Below, one piece after another: positions 7,602 to 17,192 of a stretch of DNA of 64,000 nucleotides. Under the pieces are notes generated by a model that did no database searches, had not been told where the DNA came from, and was given only the letters and a program-made list of their open reading frames with translations. The stretch is from a phage, in NCBI GenBank assembly GCA_012401045.1, contig GCA_012401045.1_4704.1. The stretch is one strand, 5' to 3'. Both the position numbers and the translations under genes were made by a program. Position 1 is the stretch's first letter; the number at the start of each line of letters is the position of its first letter.

Positions 7602-8696
7602 ATGTTTCGTGTTTTAAATAACCTCCCGCGAACATCATCGGGTGTGCAGCCCGTCCCTCAGAAAGACTATCTAATACGCGAAGTTCAAAGAAACCTACAG
7701 ACAATCCAGAACCACTATCAAGGTTTTACCTTCGCGGTTCAGAGCGATCACATCCTTGCGTTACTGCTCGCACAGCTCCCTATGAGATACGACATCTCAG
7801 TACAAACTTACTACGATATGATTCTCGATCTTACTCCAGAATTGGGTAATCGTGTTAAGTTGACAACATCAAGATACGCGGGTAAGTTATTCGACGGTGC
7901 TTTCTATCCGGGATTGCACGAAGCTATTATCGCAACCGGTGAAAGTCGTCTTATTTCACGTGACGTTCTTGACAACTGGCGTAATTGGTCGCCGGTTAGA
8001 ATCGTGACACACCCATACGCAAATCTTCGTTACATTCCTCTTCACCGAAAGCAGGTTGAAGAAGGACGAGGTTTTGCGGTCATTATGGTTGATGTACCTT
8101 TATTAGCACTACAGTATCGAATGTGGTCTTTGGTCATGGGTCATAACGTCGACGGTAAATGGGTGGTTAAAGAACCGGTTACAAGCTTCCTTGCGAGTTT
8201 TCCGTTGGTCAACGCATTATATTCACACAACGATGTTGTTATACGCAATCGTTGTTTGTGGGTATCTCCGGCTAAGAATCCACTCAAATCACCAATTTAC
8301 GTTAACGACCTTGATAACGTATTCAGCCAAGTCGTTCTGTCCGTACAGCATCATTTATTACGAAGAAGACGAAGCTACACCGATATGCTTAAACAGATAC
8401 CGAGTTTATACGGGGATCAGTACCAAGCAACCCGAATGGGTTACACCGTCGATCTTCGACAAACCCGATGGGCAAGGGATCTGGGCTGTCTGTCGTTATG
8501 GCAACAACTCGTCACACTACAAAACGTATCTGAAAGCGTCGGGTTCAGCAGCCAGATCGATAACGACCTGTACCGTGCTGCCGACCGTAGTCTAAAAGAA
8601 GGTAACTGGGAGTCCTCTCCGTTACCTGGCGATTTAAGACGTGAAGTTATCGCACAGGTTGCCGACCTCTTAAAAATTCTTCCCGCTGGTGCATAA
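7602..8696 (+). CDS. hypothetical protein (364 aa)
   Basis: ORF track; ATG with ACGGAG SD; lone plus-strand gene ending at a bidirectional hairpin. Confidence 0.6.
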   Translation: MFRVLNNLPRTSSGVQPVPQKDYLIREVQRNLQTIQNHYQGFTFAVQSDHILALLLAQLPMRYDISVQTYYDMILDLTPELGNRVKLTTSRYAGKLFDGAFYPGLHEAIIATGESRLISRDVLDNWRNWSPVRIVTHPYANLRYIPLHRKQVEEGRGFAVIMVDVPLLALQYRMWSLVMGHNVDGKWVVKEPVTSFLASFPLVNALYSHNDVVIRNRCLWVSPAKNPLKSPIYVNDLDNVFSQVVLSVQHHLLRRRRSYTDMLKQIPSLYGDQYQATRMGYTVDLRQTRWARDLGCLSLWQQLVTLQNVSESVGFSSQIDNDLYRAADRSLKEGNWESSPLPGDLRREVIAQVADLLKILPAGA

Positions 8697-8715
8697 TAAC
8701 CTCCCTCCTCCCTTG

Positions 8716-8747
8716 CATCCTCCCAACCCGTAAGGGAAGGGAGGATG
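8716..8747. terminator. bidirectional terminator hairpin
   Basis: CATCCTCCC..CCC-GTAA-GGG..GGGAGGATG between convergent genes 7602..8696 and 8763..10916. Confidence 0.5.
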
Positions 8748-8762
8748 GGGTGGTGGGTTATG

Positions 8763-10916
8763 TTACTCTGCGGTTTCTTGCTTCGGTAAATAACTTGCTG
8801 CGATGTCTTGGGCTAACAATGTATTGTTTTTATTCGAGATGAAAATACCATAACTTTCCATTAACGCGTAATACGAACGCACGAGCGTAGAGATCAATCG
8901 ACGAATATCCATACCTTGAATAAAGATATCAGGAAGCCCGGAGGCTTCGATCACCGGTAATGGTATCGTTAAGTTGCTTATCGTTTTCTTATCGTTACGT
9001 ACAATCCAATCACGGAAACGTTGTTGTAACCCTTTATCCTCCCAGGAATCAATCCAATCGTTAAGAAGCGTTTTGTTCTTCGTCGCCAACGGCACACGAA
9101 CCCCAACATAGGGTGGTTCAGGGCAATGGCCGTACGATTGAGCAAACACCTCTTCCCACATATCGTAAGACTGTTTCGTTACTGCAACATGCGGTTTCAC
9201 TTTAACACGCGTTAAGAAATCAGGATCACCACGTTTCATAGACTCAACGATTTCGTTTTCTAACGAGATAATATCGTCAAGAACCAATCGAATGCTGATC
9301 TTCTCGTTACGTAACAGCTTATCCATGATACCACACATCATGCGTTCAACACGTTTGACGATCATTTTTGGTGCTGACGCATCACGCATAACCGGACCTT
9401 TCAATTCCAGCTTCGGTGGATTGATAGGAACCCCCTCACGCATGGTCATGTAACCGTAATAGTTTTTACCCATCGAGGTTAACGACAGAATCAAGAACAT
9501 ATATTCGTTCTTCATTTCCATCACGTACATATGCTCTTTCGCCACACCGATATTACCAGAACACATCGCCATCAGATGAACCGTAATCTGCGTAACCAGA
9601 TAGATAAGCGTGTTTGCTAAGCGCGTCGAAACTGGATTGATCTCCATATTTCCAAATCGCCACTGAACCCACTCCTGGCAGGTAAACACCGTCGAGTCGG
9701 TATCAGACAACACACCCACTTCACGGATTGCTGATGGGAAAGCATAAACACCAGCCGGTTGGTTCTCGGTACGCCAGAACGCCATAATCAAATCAGCATA
9801 GCTTTGAATACGCTGTAGCATTAATTTTGTCGTTGCTGCAGTAAGACGATAACCAAGCTCATTTCCTTTTTCTAGCGCTACGTAAATCGCTTCCCCATTC
9901 AAGAACTCCGTACATTGTGCTGTAATCCAAGCGACCGTGTTGTTATCCATGGAAGCAATAATGGCTTTAGCCTCTTCCATCGTTTCAACAGGTTCGGATG
10001 CCAGCTCGCATAACGAATCAAGAAAATCTCGAACAAATTCAGGATTAAGCTCACGTAACGAGTACAGGTTATTGCTGTACATGTAGCAGGCACGTTCCAA
10101 CGGTGTTAAACCAGTAATTAACTCCCGGATAGTCAGTTCTTTCTCTGGGTCGAAAGTATATCGATGCAAGCATTTCGATACGTTAGCCCAAACCTCTTCC
10201 GGCGTAGGGTAATGTAGTTTGTATTTTACCATTACCTGTTCAATGGCTTTACGATCGCTGTTGCGGACAATACTCACGATGTTTTCAATTGCGATATCAC
10301 AATCGTAATAATGGAAATTGCCCGCAAGGAAGCGTTCGTTGTTCGCATTGGCTGAACCTGAAGCACAGCGACACGTTGTCGTTAAACTTGGATGCGCAAT
10401 TGGATTATAAAAAGGGTTAAACTTGGACGCCTGGGTTCCTGACAAACTGTTGTTATCTAACTTGGTGTTGGTTTGTCGTTTATCGTGTAACTCAGCTTCA
10501 TCTTTACGTCCGTGTGCTTGCGCTATCGACATTTGTTTCTTTTGTTTCTTACGCAACTTACCGTTTTCAACCGCAAAGTCGCTTAGCACACTGGAACGTG
10601 TTTCACGTGGATAACAGTTAGCCCACACCGGCGTGATAATTAAATTATTTTCTTTAATATCATTGAAGTATTGGCTGAACTTGATGACTTCTTTTTCTCG
10701 ATTTCCTTCGGTGCGCTGTGTTAATACAAGGCAGTCGGGATCAACCATCCCGTATTTTCCACCAGGACGAACCGTATCAAGGACAAACTGCAACGCTTCC
10801 TGCTGTGATATCCCACGCATGCGCATTAAGAACAGGGTATAATCCTGTACCGCTTCTTTGGTCATATCCAACGTACGGCCATATCCGTTTTCATCGTAAA
10901 AGAACGGATTTTCCAT
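8763..10916 (-). CDS. hypothetical protein (717 aa)
   Basis: ORF track; ATG with GGAGGA SD; no motif recognised. Confidence 0.65.
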   Translation of the reverse strand: MENPFFYDENGYGRTLDMTKEAVQDYTLFLMRMRGISQQEALQFVLDTVRPGGKYGMVDPDCLVLTQRTEGNREKEVIKFSQYFNDIKENNLIITPVWANCYPRETRSSVLSDFAVENGKLRKKQKKQMSIAQAHGRKDEAELHDKRQTNTKLDNNSLSGTQASKFNPFYNPIAHPSLTTTCRCASGSANANNERFLAGNFHYYDCDIAIENIVSIVRNSDRKAIEQVMVKYKLHYPTPEEVWANVSKCLHRYTFDPEKELTIRELITGLTPLERACYMYSNNLYSLRELNPEFVRDFLDSLCELASEPVETMEEAKAIIASMDNNTVAWITAQCTEFLNGEAIYVALEKGNELGYRLTAATTKLMLQRIQSYADLIMAFWRTENQPAGVYAFPSAIREVGVLSDTDSTVFTCQEWVQWRFGNMEINPVSTRLANTLIYLVTQITVHLMAMCSGNIGVAKEHMYVMEMKNEYMFLILSLTSMGKNYYGYMTMREGVPINPPKLELKGPVMRDASAPKMIVKRVERMMCGIMDKLLRNEKISIRLVLDDIISLENEIVESMKRGDPDFLTRVKVKPHVAVTKQSYDMWEEVFAQSYGHCPEPPYVGVRVPLATKNKTLLNDWIDSWEDKGLQQRFRDWIVRNDKKTISNLTIPLPVIEASGLPDIFIQGMDIRRLISTLVRSYYALMESYGIFISNKNNTLLAQDIAASYLPKQETAE

Positions 10917-10991
10917 AAATCCTCCAAAAGTTATTTAGTCTGTCTACATCATCTCGTATATCTGTTAAAAAAGAAGGACGGCATAAAAAAG

Positions 10992-11019
10992 AACCGATCC
11001 AGCCGAAGCCAGATCGGTT
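10992..11019 (-). terminator. terminator hairpin flanked by A and T runs
   Basis: AACCGATC...GATCGGTT stem, A6 upstream and A5 downstream; after CDS 11215..11628. Confidence 0.5.
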
Positions 11020-11214
11020 AAAAAGGATAATAACTGACAGAAAGATATCGATGATGTTCGTGAAACAAGATCTTCTCTCGTGTACAATGATGCTAGATCA
11101 GAGGGAGGTTGTAACACGAGAGGTGGTCCGCCAAAGAAGGAATAAAAACACGAACCTATCTTATTTCACTGATGGCACTAACCACTCAAAATATATAGTA
11201 CCGTATGTAAAAGT

Positions 11215-11628
11215 TTACTGATTAATCAAGTCGTTAGCAACAATCTTGGTGTAACCTGCCTGATTAAGAATTTGATTAATTTTCGTCACGTCGGTCGCAT
11301 CCTCAATAACGATGCTGGGTTTATAGATCAGCGTCTTGGTAACGACGATTGTACTCTCCTTAATCCAAGGAATCCCTAGAATCACATACTCACCATCGGC
11401 TGTAATGACCTCGACGTAATTGTATTTCGTCGGATCGTTCGGTACACTAGACGGGAGCCGGGAATAAATCTGTTGGTGAATGGCGTCTACATCACGGCCG
11501 TTACGCACAGCCGTACGATAGTTGTACACGGCACTAATTTCTACTCCGTTGAAGTTAACCCCAAGTTCTGGGGCGTACACATCAAAACTCACAACAGAGC
11601 CAATCTTTTCTAAATCAGAAGCTGGCAT
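11215..11628 (-). CDS. hypothetical protein (137 aa)
   Basis: ORF track; ATG with AAGGA SD; followed by hairpin flanked by A/T runs. Confidence 0.55.
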   Translation of the reverse strand: MPASDLEKIGSVVSFDVYAPELGVNFNGVEISAVYNYRTAVRNGRDVDAIHQQIYSRLPSSVPNDPTKYNYVEVITADGEYVILGIPWIKESTIVVTKTLIYKPSIVIEDATDVTKINQILNQAGYTKIVANDLINQ

Positions 11629-11639
11629 AATAGCATCCT

Positions 11640-12161
11640 TTATTTAAAAATGTATTCATATCCGAAAGTCGTCGCTGACCAGACCCGGATAGATGATAGT
11701 GTTCCGCCACGATAAAACGTTTTTGTGAATTCCATATCCTGGACAACACGATAATAAACACGTCCGATAATACGCACGATAAGGTTTCGTGATAACGATC
11801 TCTCCTCGCAGTATTCATCGATAAAGTCATCGTCGATATCCGATAAGACAACATCCGCAATTTCTTGCAGTAGATTCCTCATCAGCATCTGCCTTCCTTC
11901 GGTACCCCACCCAGACAAACAGTAATCGTCTTCTGCCTGACTATAGATGTCGTTAACCGCCTGTTCGAGCAGTTGCTCAAGATAGTAGTCATCGCGTTTT
12001 ATAACGTGGCGACGGCGCTCAGTGGCGTATTTTTCCATCCTGTGTTTCTCTTGTTCGGCGTATGTATTAACGACGCCACAGTCTTTTCTGGATCGTCCCA
12101 CAATGCACGACGAAAACTGGATACTACCATAACGGTAGGATAGATTTGTACAACCTCCCAT
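11640..12161 (-). CDS. hypothetical protein (173 aa as tracked; true start possibly internal Met near 12038)
   Basis: ORF track; overlaps upstream ORF by about 160 nt in another frame; N-terminal 40 residues look non-protein-like. Confidence 0.4.
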   Translation of the reverse strand: MGGCTNLSYRYGSIQFSSCIVGRSRKDCGVVNTYAEQEKHRMEKYATERRRHVIKRDDYYLEQLLEQAVNDIYSQAEDDYCLSGWGTEGRQMLMRNLLQEIADVVLSDIDDDFIDEYCEERSLSRNLIVRIIGRVYYRVVQDMEFTKTFYRGGTLSSIRVWSATTFGYEYIFK

Positions 12162-12487
12162 CCGTAACGATGTGCGTTAGTCGTACGTCCGACATTGAAC
12201 AGACATAGCTGATTTAAGAAACAGAGCTGCATCTTCGTAAACAACACCATGTCTTCACGTTTAACGTATCCGAGGATATATGCATTCTCGAACGCCTCGC
12301 GTGACAAGACGGGACGATTAAGATACCGTAACGCTAATACCAACAACGTTGTTATGCGCAACGGATCTTCTGGGTCATTCATGGTGCTCAGCTCTGCTTG
12401 TAACCAGTCAGGGATAGTAACCGTCAGACGATAGGTATCTGTTCCACGATCAACCACATTCAATGTTGAAAAAGGCAACATATCCAT
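11999..12487 (-). CDS. hypothetical protein (162 aa)
   Basis: ORF track; C-terminal third overlaps next ORF and is compositionally odd. Confidence 0.4.
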   Translation of the reverse strand: MDMLPFSTLNVVDRGTDTYRLTVTIPDWLQAELSTMNDPEDPLRITTLLVLALRYLNRPVLSREAFENAYILGYVKREDMVLFTKMQLCFLNQLCLFNVGRTTNAHRYGWEVVQIYPTVMVVSSFRRALWDDPEKTVASLIHTPNKRNTGWKNTPLSAVATL

Positions 12488-13025
12488 GAATTCCTTCTAG
12501 CTCGAGGTTGTTCTCGCCGGTCTTCGGTAATAACCCACTGGCCGTTAACATCTGTGTCATCGAGTAGTCAAAGCACGGGAATATCAGGTTAACGGTTTCC
12601 TGGATCGCGTCAACATAACTATAAATGGCTTCATAATACTCACCGTCATGATCTACGCTAACCAGTTCCTGACACAGTTCTTCGCTTATCATTTCATATA
12701 CCGGCGGATACCACGATTGAAATGGTCGCTGCATACGTAACGACCAATACTCGTACGTCGTATACTGAAGCACGTCGTAAGCCGATACGTTAATGCGGTC
12801 GAAGAAAGCATACTTGTCCATATGCTGATACAACATCGCCAGCACGGTTTCCAAGCACACCGATATCCGCACGCCGTCATCTTTCCCGTTAAGAAAATTA
12901 GGTTTCTGCCGATAACGCACAAATGCCGACGGCTTTGATTGCATTATTCCACCACCAACCATAACGTCATACTCGTATCTAACGTAAAATTGAAATGCCA
13001 CCAATCTTCTACACGTGGAATCCAC
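12450..13025 (-). CDS. hypothetical protein (191 aa)
   Basis: ORF track; part of overlapping ORF chain. Confidence 0.45.
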   Translation of the reverse strand: MDSTCRRLVAFQFYVRYEYDVMVGGGIMQSKPSAFVRYRQKPNFLNGKDDGVRISVCLETVLAMLYQHMDKYAFFDRINVSAYDVLQYTTYEYWSLRMQRPFQSWYPPVYEMISEELCQELVSVDHDGEYYEAIYSYVDAIQETVNLIFPCFDYSMTQMLTASGLLPKTGENNLELEGIHGYVAFFNIECG

Positions 13026-13627
13026 GTACGAAGGATTTGGTTAACTTCGCTTCGCATCACCGATAAACGACAACGAAAATCGAACTTCTCATCGTGGCCG
13101 TAGTCTTCATGCATGAAAACTTCATCCAAAACGAACTCAAGTTGCATGTCGACATCACGGCCAGAGATATTCCGTTTGTACAGATACAGTTCAATCGTGT
13201 CGTAAAGCAACGTGTGAATATCATAATTTCCGTTCGGTGAGAAATAAGGTAATCGCTCATCGAGCATCGTAAACAGATATTCGCTGTAGTTTAATAACGG
13301 GATGATGTACCGACGCCCTGTCTGTGGTGTGCGAATATGTATCGAAACCTGACTTGGGCGCGGAATAACCGACGGCTTAGAATCGTCTCTCTGAAATTGC
13401 TCTAAAGATCGCAACAAAGGTGGCCGCATTGTAACTCTCCAACGCCCAATTGTAAGGCCCTTCCAACATGTGTTCCCATACGTGAATAAACTCACTACCG
13501 AAGACAGGCTCCAGCGCCATGGTGAGATTCGTAAGTTCTGACGCAGCCGCATGGTAAGCATCAACATGTCTTTCCATTGACGGATCGTCTTCATTGAAAA
13601 TACGTTCTGTGTCGCCAGCCCGCTCAA
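12944..13627 (-). CDS. hypothetical protein (227 aa as tracked; start uncertain)
   Basis: ORF track; first about 110 residues W/R-rich and overlap ORF 13377..14006. Confidence 0.35.
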   Translation of the reverse strand: MSGLATQNVFSMKTIRQWKDMLMLTMRLRQNLRISPWRWSLSSVVSLFTYGNTCWKGLTIGRWRVTMRPPLLRSLEQFQRDDSKPSVIPRPSQVSIHIRTPQTGRRYIIPLLNYSEYLFTMLDERLPYFSPNGNYDIHTLLYDTIELYLYKRNISGRDVDMQLEFVLDEVFMHEDYGHDEKFDFRCRLSVMRSEVNQILRTWIPRVEDWWHFNFTLDTSMTLWLVVE

Positions 13628-14006
13628 TAAGTTCGGTAATGAGATCTGTCCATGTCTCGTGACACGTCATCATTTCCTGTTCTCGACTTAGTATGCCGAT
13701 GTCTGCGTGGACGCTGGACTCGAACCGGTCTAAAAGGACCCGAAGAACGTGCACCTTGTCGATGTATTTCACCGTTATCCAGGAAAGCGGTTGCCACCGA
13801 CTCAGCATCCATCCGGTACTCGGGAACCCCAAACTCATATAGTACGGGTTGCACCGGACCGAAGACGGAGCGACGTTGTTTAAATCGCTCCTTAAGGGCA
13901 AGGCCTTGTTTAATATAAACGGGTTCATTGGCGAGTTGTTCCGCTTTTCGTTTTGCGTGAGCCAATCGAAGTTCTTCCAATTGCCCAAGCCATTCAAATT
14001 GTTCAT
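13377..14006 (-). CDS. hypothetical protein (209 aa as tracked; start uncertain)
   Basis: ORF track; C-terminal about 100 aa look protein-like, N-terminal part overlaps ORF 13624..14601. Confidence 0.35.
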   Translation of the reverse strand: MNNLNGLGNWKNFDWLTQNEKRNNSPMNPFILNKALPLRSDLNNVAPSSVRCNPYYMSLGFPSTGWMLSRWQPLSWITVKYIDKVHVLRVLLDRFESSVHADIGILSREQEMMTCHETWTDLITELIERAGDTERIFNEDDPSMERHVDAYHAAASELTNLTMALEPVFGSEFIHVWEHMLEGPYNWALESYNAATFVAIFRAISERRF

Positions 14007-14601
14007 CTGTTAGCTCCTGGGGACGTTCAACAATCGCGCCAGACGGGCAGATATTGATCGTAATGTTAATTGACGGCATCGCCATCACTCGAGGATTACT
14101 ATTACGTACGCGGACAACATGTTCGGTTGCTGATTTACGATCGACGCAATACTCTGTTTCTTGGAACTCAAATGCTTTTAACGGCGTTGGTTTTGTTTGA
14201 CGTTTAGGAACGCGGCCAAGATCAACAATATAGGCATAATCGCACACACGTTCTATTCCGTAAATACGGTTATCCGACCAGTTCTTACCAAACAGCTTGT
14301 TGTGATGATAAGACAAATATTCGGTTACCATACCCTGGACAACATCGAAATCTTCTCGAAATTCAGGTTGGTACCAAATCGGGCCGAGAATATCTGCGAA
14401 CGATTCATGACGATATCGAGGATCATGTCGAGTCCAGGTCATTCTCTGGTTAAGATCGAAATCCACCAACAACTCGGTTAATTGCAATTTTTCCTTCGGA
14501 GAAAGCTGGCGTTGATGATGCAAACTCAGACAATCGATAAGCGGTAATGAAACCCACGATGCTAATGTGTACAAATCGATCCTGGCTAATCTCTTGGTCA
14601 T
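13624..14601 (-). CDS. hypothetical protein (325 aa as tracked)
   Basis: ORF track; last about 40 residues Arg/His-rich and overlap next ORF. Confidence 0.45.
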   Translation of the reverse strand: MTKRLARIDLYTLASWVSLPLIDCLSLHHQRQLSPKEKLQLTELLVDFDLNQRMTWTRHDPRYRHESFADILGPIWYQPEFREDFDVVQGMVTEYLSYHHNKLFGKNWSDNRIYGIERVCDYAYIVDLGRVPKRQTKPTPLKAFEFQETEYCVDRKSATEHVVRVRNSNPRVMAMPSINITINICPSGAIVERPQELTDEQFEWLGQLEELRLAHAKRKAEQLANEPVYIKQGLALKERFKQRRSVFGPVQPVLYEFGVPEYRMDAESVATAFLDNGEIHRQGARSSGPFRPVRVQRPRRHRHTKSRTGNDDVSRDMDRSHYRTY

Positions 14602-14692
14602 ACTCTTTTCCTAAGTCCCCATTGTTTATACACACGATATCTGGGAATAGTTAAAATATACGGCGTAAAACGAAGCAGGAGAGTTTCTGACG

Positions 14693-15013
14693 TCATTTTC
14701 TCCCTCTTCGAATACTACCGATACCTCTTTCGTCTAAGACGTCCCAGGCACGCTTTATTTCATCCTCCGTTGCTCTGGTATCTGGAGGGACAACCATAAC
14801 ACAGTCGTGGAACGGCCAATGTGTAGGTCTGGGGTTAGCGAACAAATCATCCCATTCAAATGTCCATTCTTTCTTTGAGCGATTGTAGTAGAGTGTAAGG
14901 TACGTGTTGGTATACGCCGGATAACCGCGCATAACTTCAATATCCTTACGATCTTGCCGTTCCTGATTCCAATCGTTAAACCGCTTTCTTATTTTCTCCC
15001 ACCACTTTCCCAT
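14693..15013 (-). CDS. hypothetical protein (106 aa)
   Basis: ORF track; ATG with AGGAGA SD. Confidence 0.55.
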   Translation of the reverse strand: MGKWWEKIRKRFNDWNQERQDRKDIEVMRGYPAYTNTYLTLYYNRSKKEWTFEWDDLFANPRPTHWPFHDCVMVVPPDTRATEDEIKRAWDVLDERGIGSIRRGRK

Positions 15014-15066
15014 GCTTTCTCCTACACGGCATAAAAGCCTGCCCCGAAGGACAGGCTCGATAGAAC

Positions 15067-15267
15067 TTAACGACCATCCAATTTCAATGAAGGATGGTTG
15101 ACGATATGTGCGTGTTTTGCTGGGTCATATAGCTGATATGGAAAATAGCCATGCCATTGACGGCCTTGGCATTTCGTACACAGGAACTGACCAACACCTT
15201 GTCGATTCTCGTAAGCGAGTTCGGTACTATCAACATGACCGCAACGTTCGCAGATAAACAGCGACAT
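15067..15267 (-). CDS. small zinc-ribbon protein (66 aa)
   Basis: CERCGH...CTKCQG (two CxxC pairs); ATG with GGGGA SD; directly downstream of the tubulin-like gene. Confidence 0.5.
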   Translation of the reverse strand: MSLFICERCGHVDSTELAYENRQGVGQFLCTKCQGRQWHGYFPYQLYDPAKHAHIVNHPSLKLDGR

Positions 15268-15304
15268 AGCGCATCCCCATTCACTTGAACCTTTTGGTTC
15301 GGCA

Positions 15305-16285
15305 TTAGAAAAGCAAGAAACCGCTATTCTTCGCTTCCGCTACAGTTTCGTCACCAACTTTCGGTGCCTGTTGACGCGCGTTACGATGTTCGATGTAACG
15401 TTTCGCTTCGTCAGCGATTTGTTTGATAATACCCCCTAAACGATCGGTACTTAAAACAAACGACGTCGCTTCACGAATTGGGCTGCTTTCAGGCACAAAA
15501 CCATCGCAGCTGTAAATAGCGCTAACGCCCATGACTTTTGTCGCGTCTTTCGGATAAAGCGTACAGAAAGCAATCGGGCTATCGTTCTCTTTCGTCCAAT
15601 CGTATCCCATGAACGTATTCAGTTCGGTGATCGTTGGTTCCAAACCGGTAACACGTGGATGGTTTAAGAAGTTTTCCAGGTCGGCGCTGTCAAGACGACG
15701 GTTCTCGCCAGAAAACAGAACACAAAGCTGGCTAATAACAACCTGCACGTCCAGGTTGACATCCTGCTCCGATTTCCCATTTTCGCCATTCATGTGATAG
15801 CTAACAATCACTGGACGTTTCAACCCTTCTGCAGCCGCCATCAGTCCTTTGAAGGTGCGATCGGCGTTGATCGTTTGACGCTCATCATCGAACGAGGCAA
15901 CGATGCAACACACCACACGTTCACCACGTTCCAGCAGGTTAGCAACCAACGCAGGACCTGCAACAGAACCTGAACCACCGCTCAGACTAAAGACCACGAT
16001 ATTAAATTTACCTGGCGTATGCTTATTCAGAATACCCGGGATTTGTGAACAGATCAGTTCAGCGTTCTCATCACGCTTCTTACCAGAACCGTCTAACTCA
16101 CGACCGGCTGCATCTTTAAAGATGTAAATATGATCGTCACCCAGTGTGCTATCGCGTAGGTTAGCGCGGCTGGTATCGACATACGTCATGCTGTGTAATC
16201 CTTTCGCGACTTCGCCTTCAAATGCTGAGCCGATTTCGCCACCACAACCACCGACAGCCCAAATATGTACTTGGTTCTCTTGCAT
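15305..16285 (-). CDS. phuZ: tubulin/FtsZ-like protein, PhuZ homolog (326 aa)
   Basis: Gly-rich nucleotide-binding loops WAVGGCGGEIGSAF and SLSGGSGSVAGP (tubulin signature-like); size as I recall for phage PhuZ; TAGGAG SD. Confidence 0.7.
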   Translation of the reverse strand: MQENQVHIWAVGGCGGEIGSAFEGEVAKGLHSMTYVDTSRANLRDSTLGDDHIYIFKDAAGRELDGSGKKRDENAELICSQIPGILNKHTPGKFNIVVFSLSGGSGSVAGPALVANLLERGERVVCCIVASFDDERQTINADRTFKGLMAAAEGLKRPVIVSYHMNGENGKSEQDVNLDVQVVISQLCVLFSGENRRLDSADLENFLNHPRVTGLEPTITELNTFMGYDWTKENDSPIAFCTLYPKDATKVMGVSAIYSCDGFVPESSPIREATSFVLSTDRLGGIIKQIADEAKRYIEHRNARQQAPKVGDETVAEAKNSGFLLF

Positions 16286-16349
16286 GTGAACTCCTAACTT
16301 AATATGTATTTAACGTACAATGAATCTTTCTTTGCTAAAGGGGTGACCC

Positions 16350-17192
16350 ATGGGTGCTATTGACTACAGTGTAGATCGTATCTGTCGTACAATACCGGCA
16401 GATATCCTACAGTATTGCTATATCGATCGTTACGACTGGCGTAATCGCTATCCTCGTTCCGTAGAAGACATCATTACCGATTGGGTAATCCGTAAACGGG
16501 TTATCGGCGACATCGATATCTACGGGGGACTACAAACCGTTATTCCCCTTGATGATGCAGGTGTCACAATCGAAGAAGTCACCATTAACTGTTATGTTTT
16601 CCACATTCCGTTGGAAGCCACACAGGGACGTTATATCACGTCCGCATTATCCATTATTTCAGGGAGCGTGAACAACTACGGAATAAACTATAACGGGCAA
16701 TGGGGCGCTTTCAACCAAACCCAATTTCAACGTCAGCTTTGTGGGTGGAACCCCGCAAGCAACACGTTACAGCAAGGGATGAACGCGTTCGGTCCCATGA
16801 ACGTTCTTAGTACAGCCAACGTTGATATCATCGCCCCTAACACCATCATGGTGAACAACGTCACGCCTGTACAATTTCCCCTGAGCCTACGCTGTTTCCT
16901 TGCCCACGATCCGGAACTTACCAACCTCAGCATGGAGGTTTGGAACGACTTCTACAAACTCTGTTTATACGCCACGCAAAGTGACATCTACAACAGAACC
17001 GTTATCCGTCTCGATAGAGGTGTTACAGCACAAGGACAAGAAGTCGGTGCATTCAAGGAATACATCGATCGCTTTGCTGATGCTGAAAACACATATCAGG
17101 AATTCCTGAACGAAACGTGGGCAGGCGTTGCTGCCTGGAACGATCCGCAAACTAAACGTCGCGCCATTCGACTACAAACCGGTTACTTCTGA
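16350..17192 (+). CDS. hypothetical protein (280 aa)
   Basis: ORF track; ATG with AAGGGG SD; followed by hairpin 17205..17229. Confidence 0.6.
   Translation: MGAIDYSVDRICRTIPADILQYCYIDRYDWRNRYPRSVEDIITDWVIRKRVIGDIDIYGGLQTVIPLDDAGVTIEEVTINCYVFHIPLEATQGRYITSALSIISGSVNNYGINYNGQWGAFNQTQFQRQLCGWNPASNTLQQGMNAFGPMNVLSTANVDIIAPNTIMVNNVTPVQFPLSLRCFLAHDPELTNLSMEVWNDFYKLCLYATQSDIYNRTVIRLDRGVTAQGQEVGAFKEYIDRFADAENTYQEFLNETWAGVAAWNDPQTKRRAIRLQTGYF

Noticed and set aside
13735-13760. tRNA T-loop-like GGTTCGAGTCC on the minus strand
   Set aside because: Flanking sequence does not form a T-stem or cloverleaf; lies inside coding sequence
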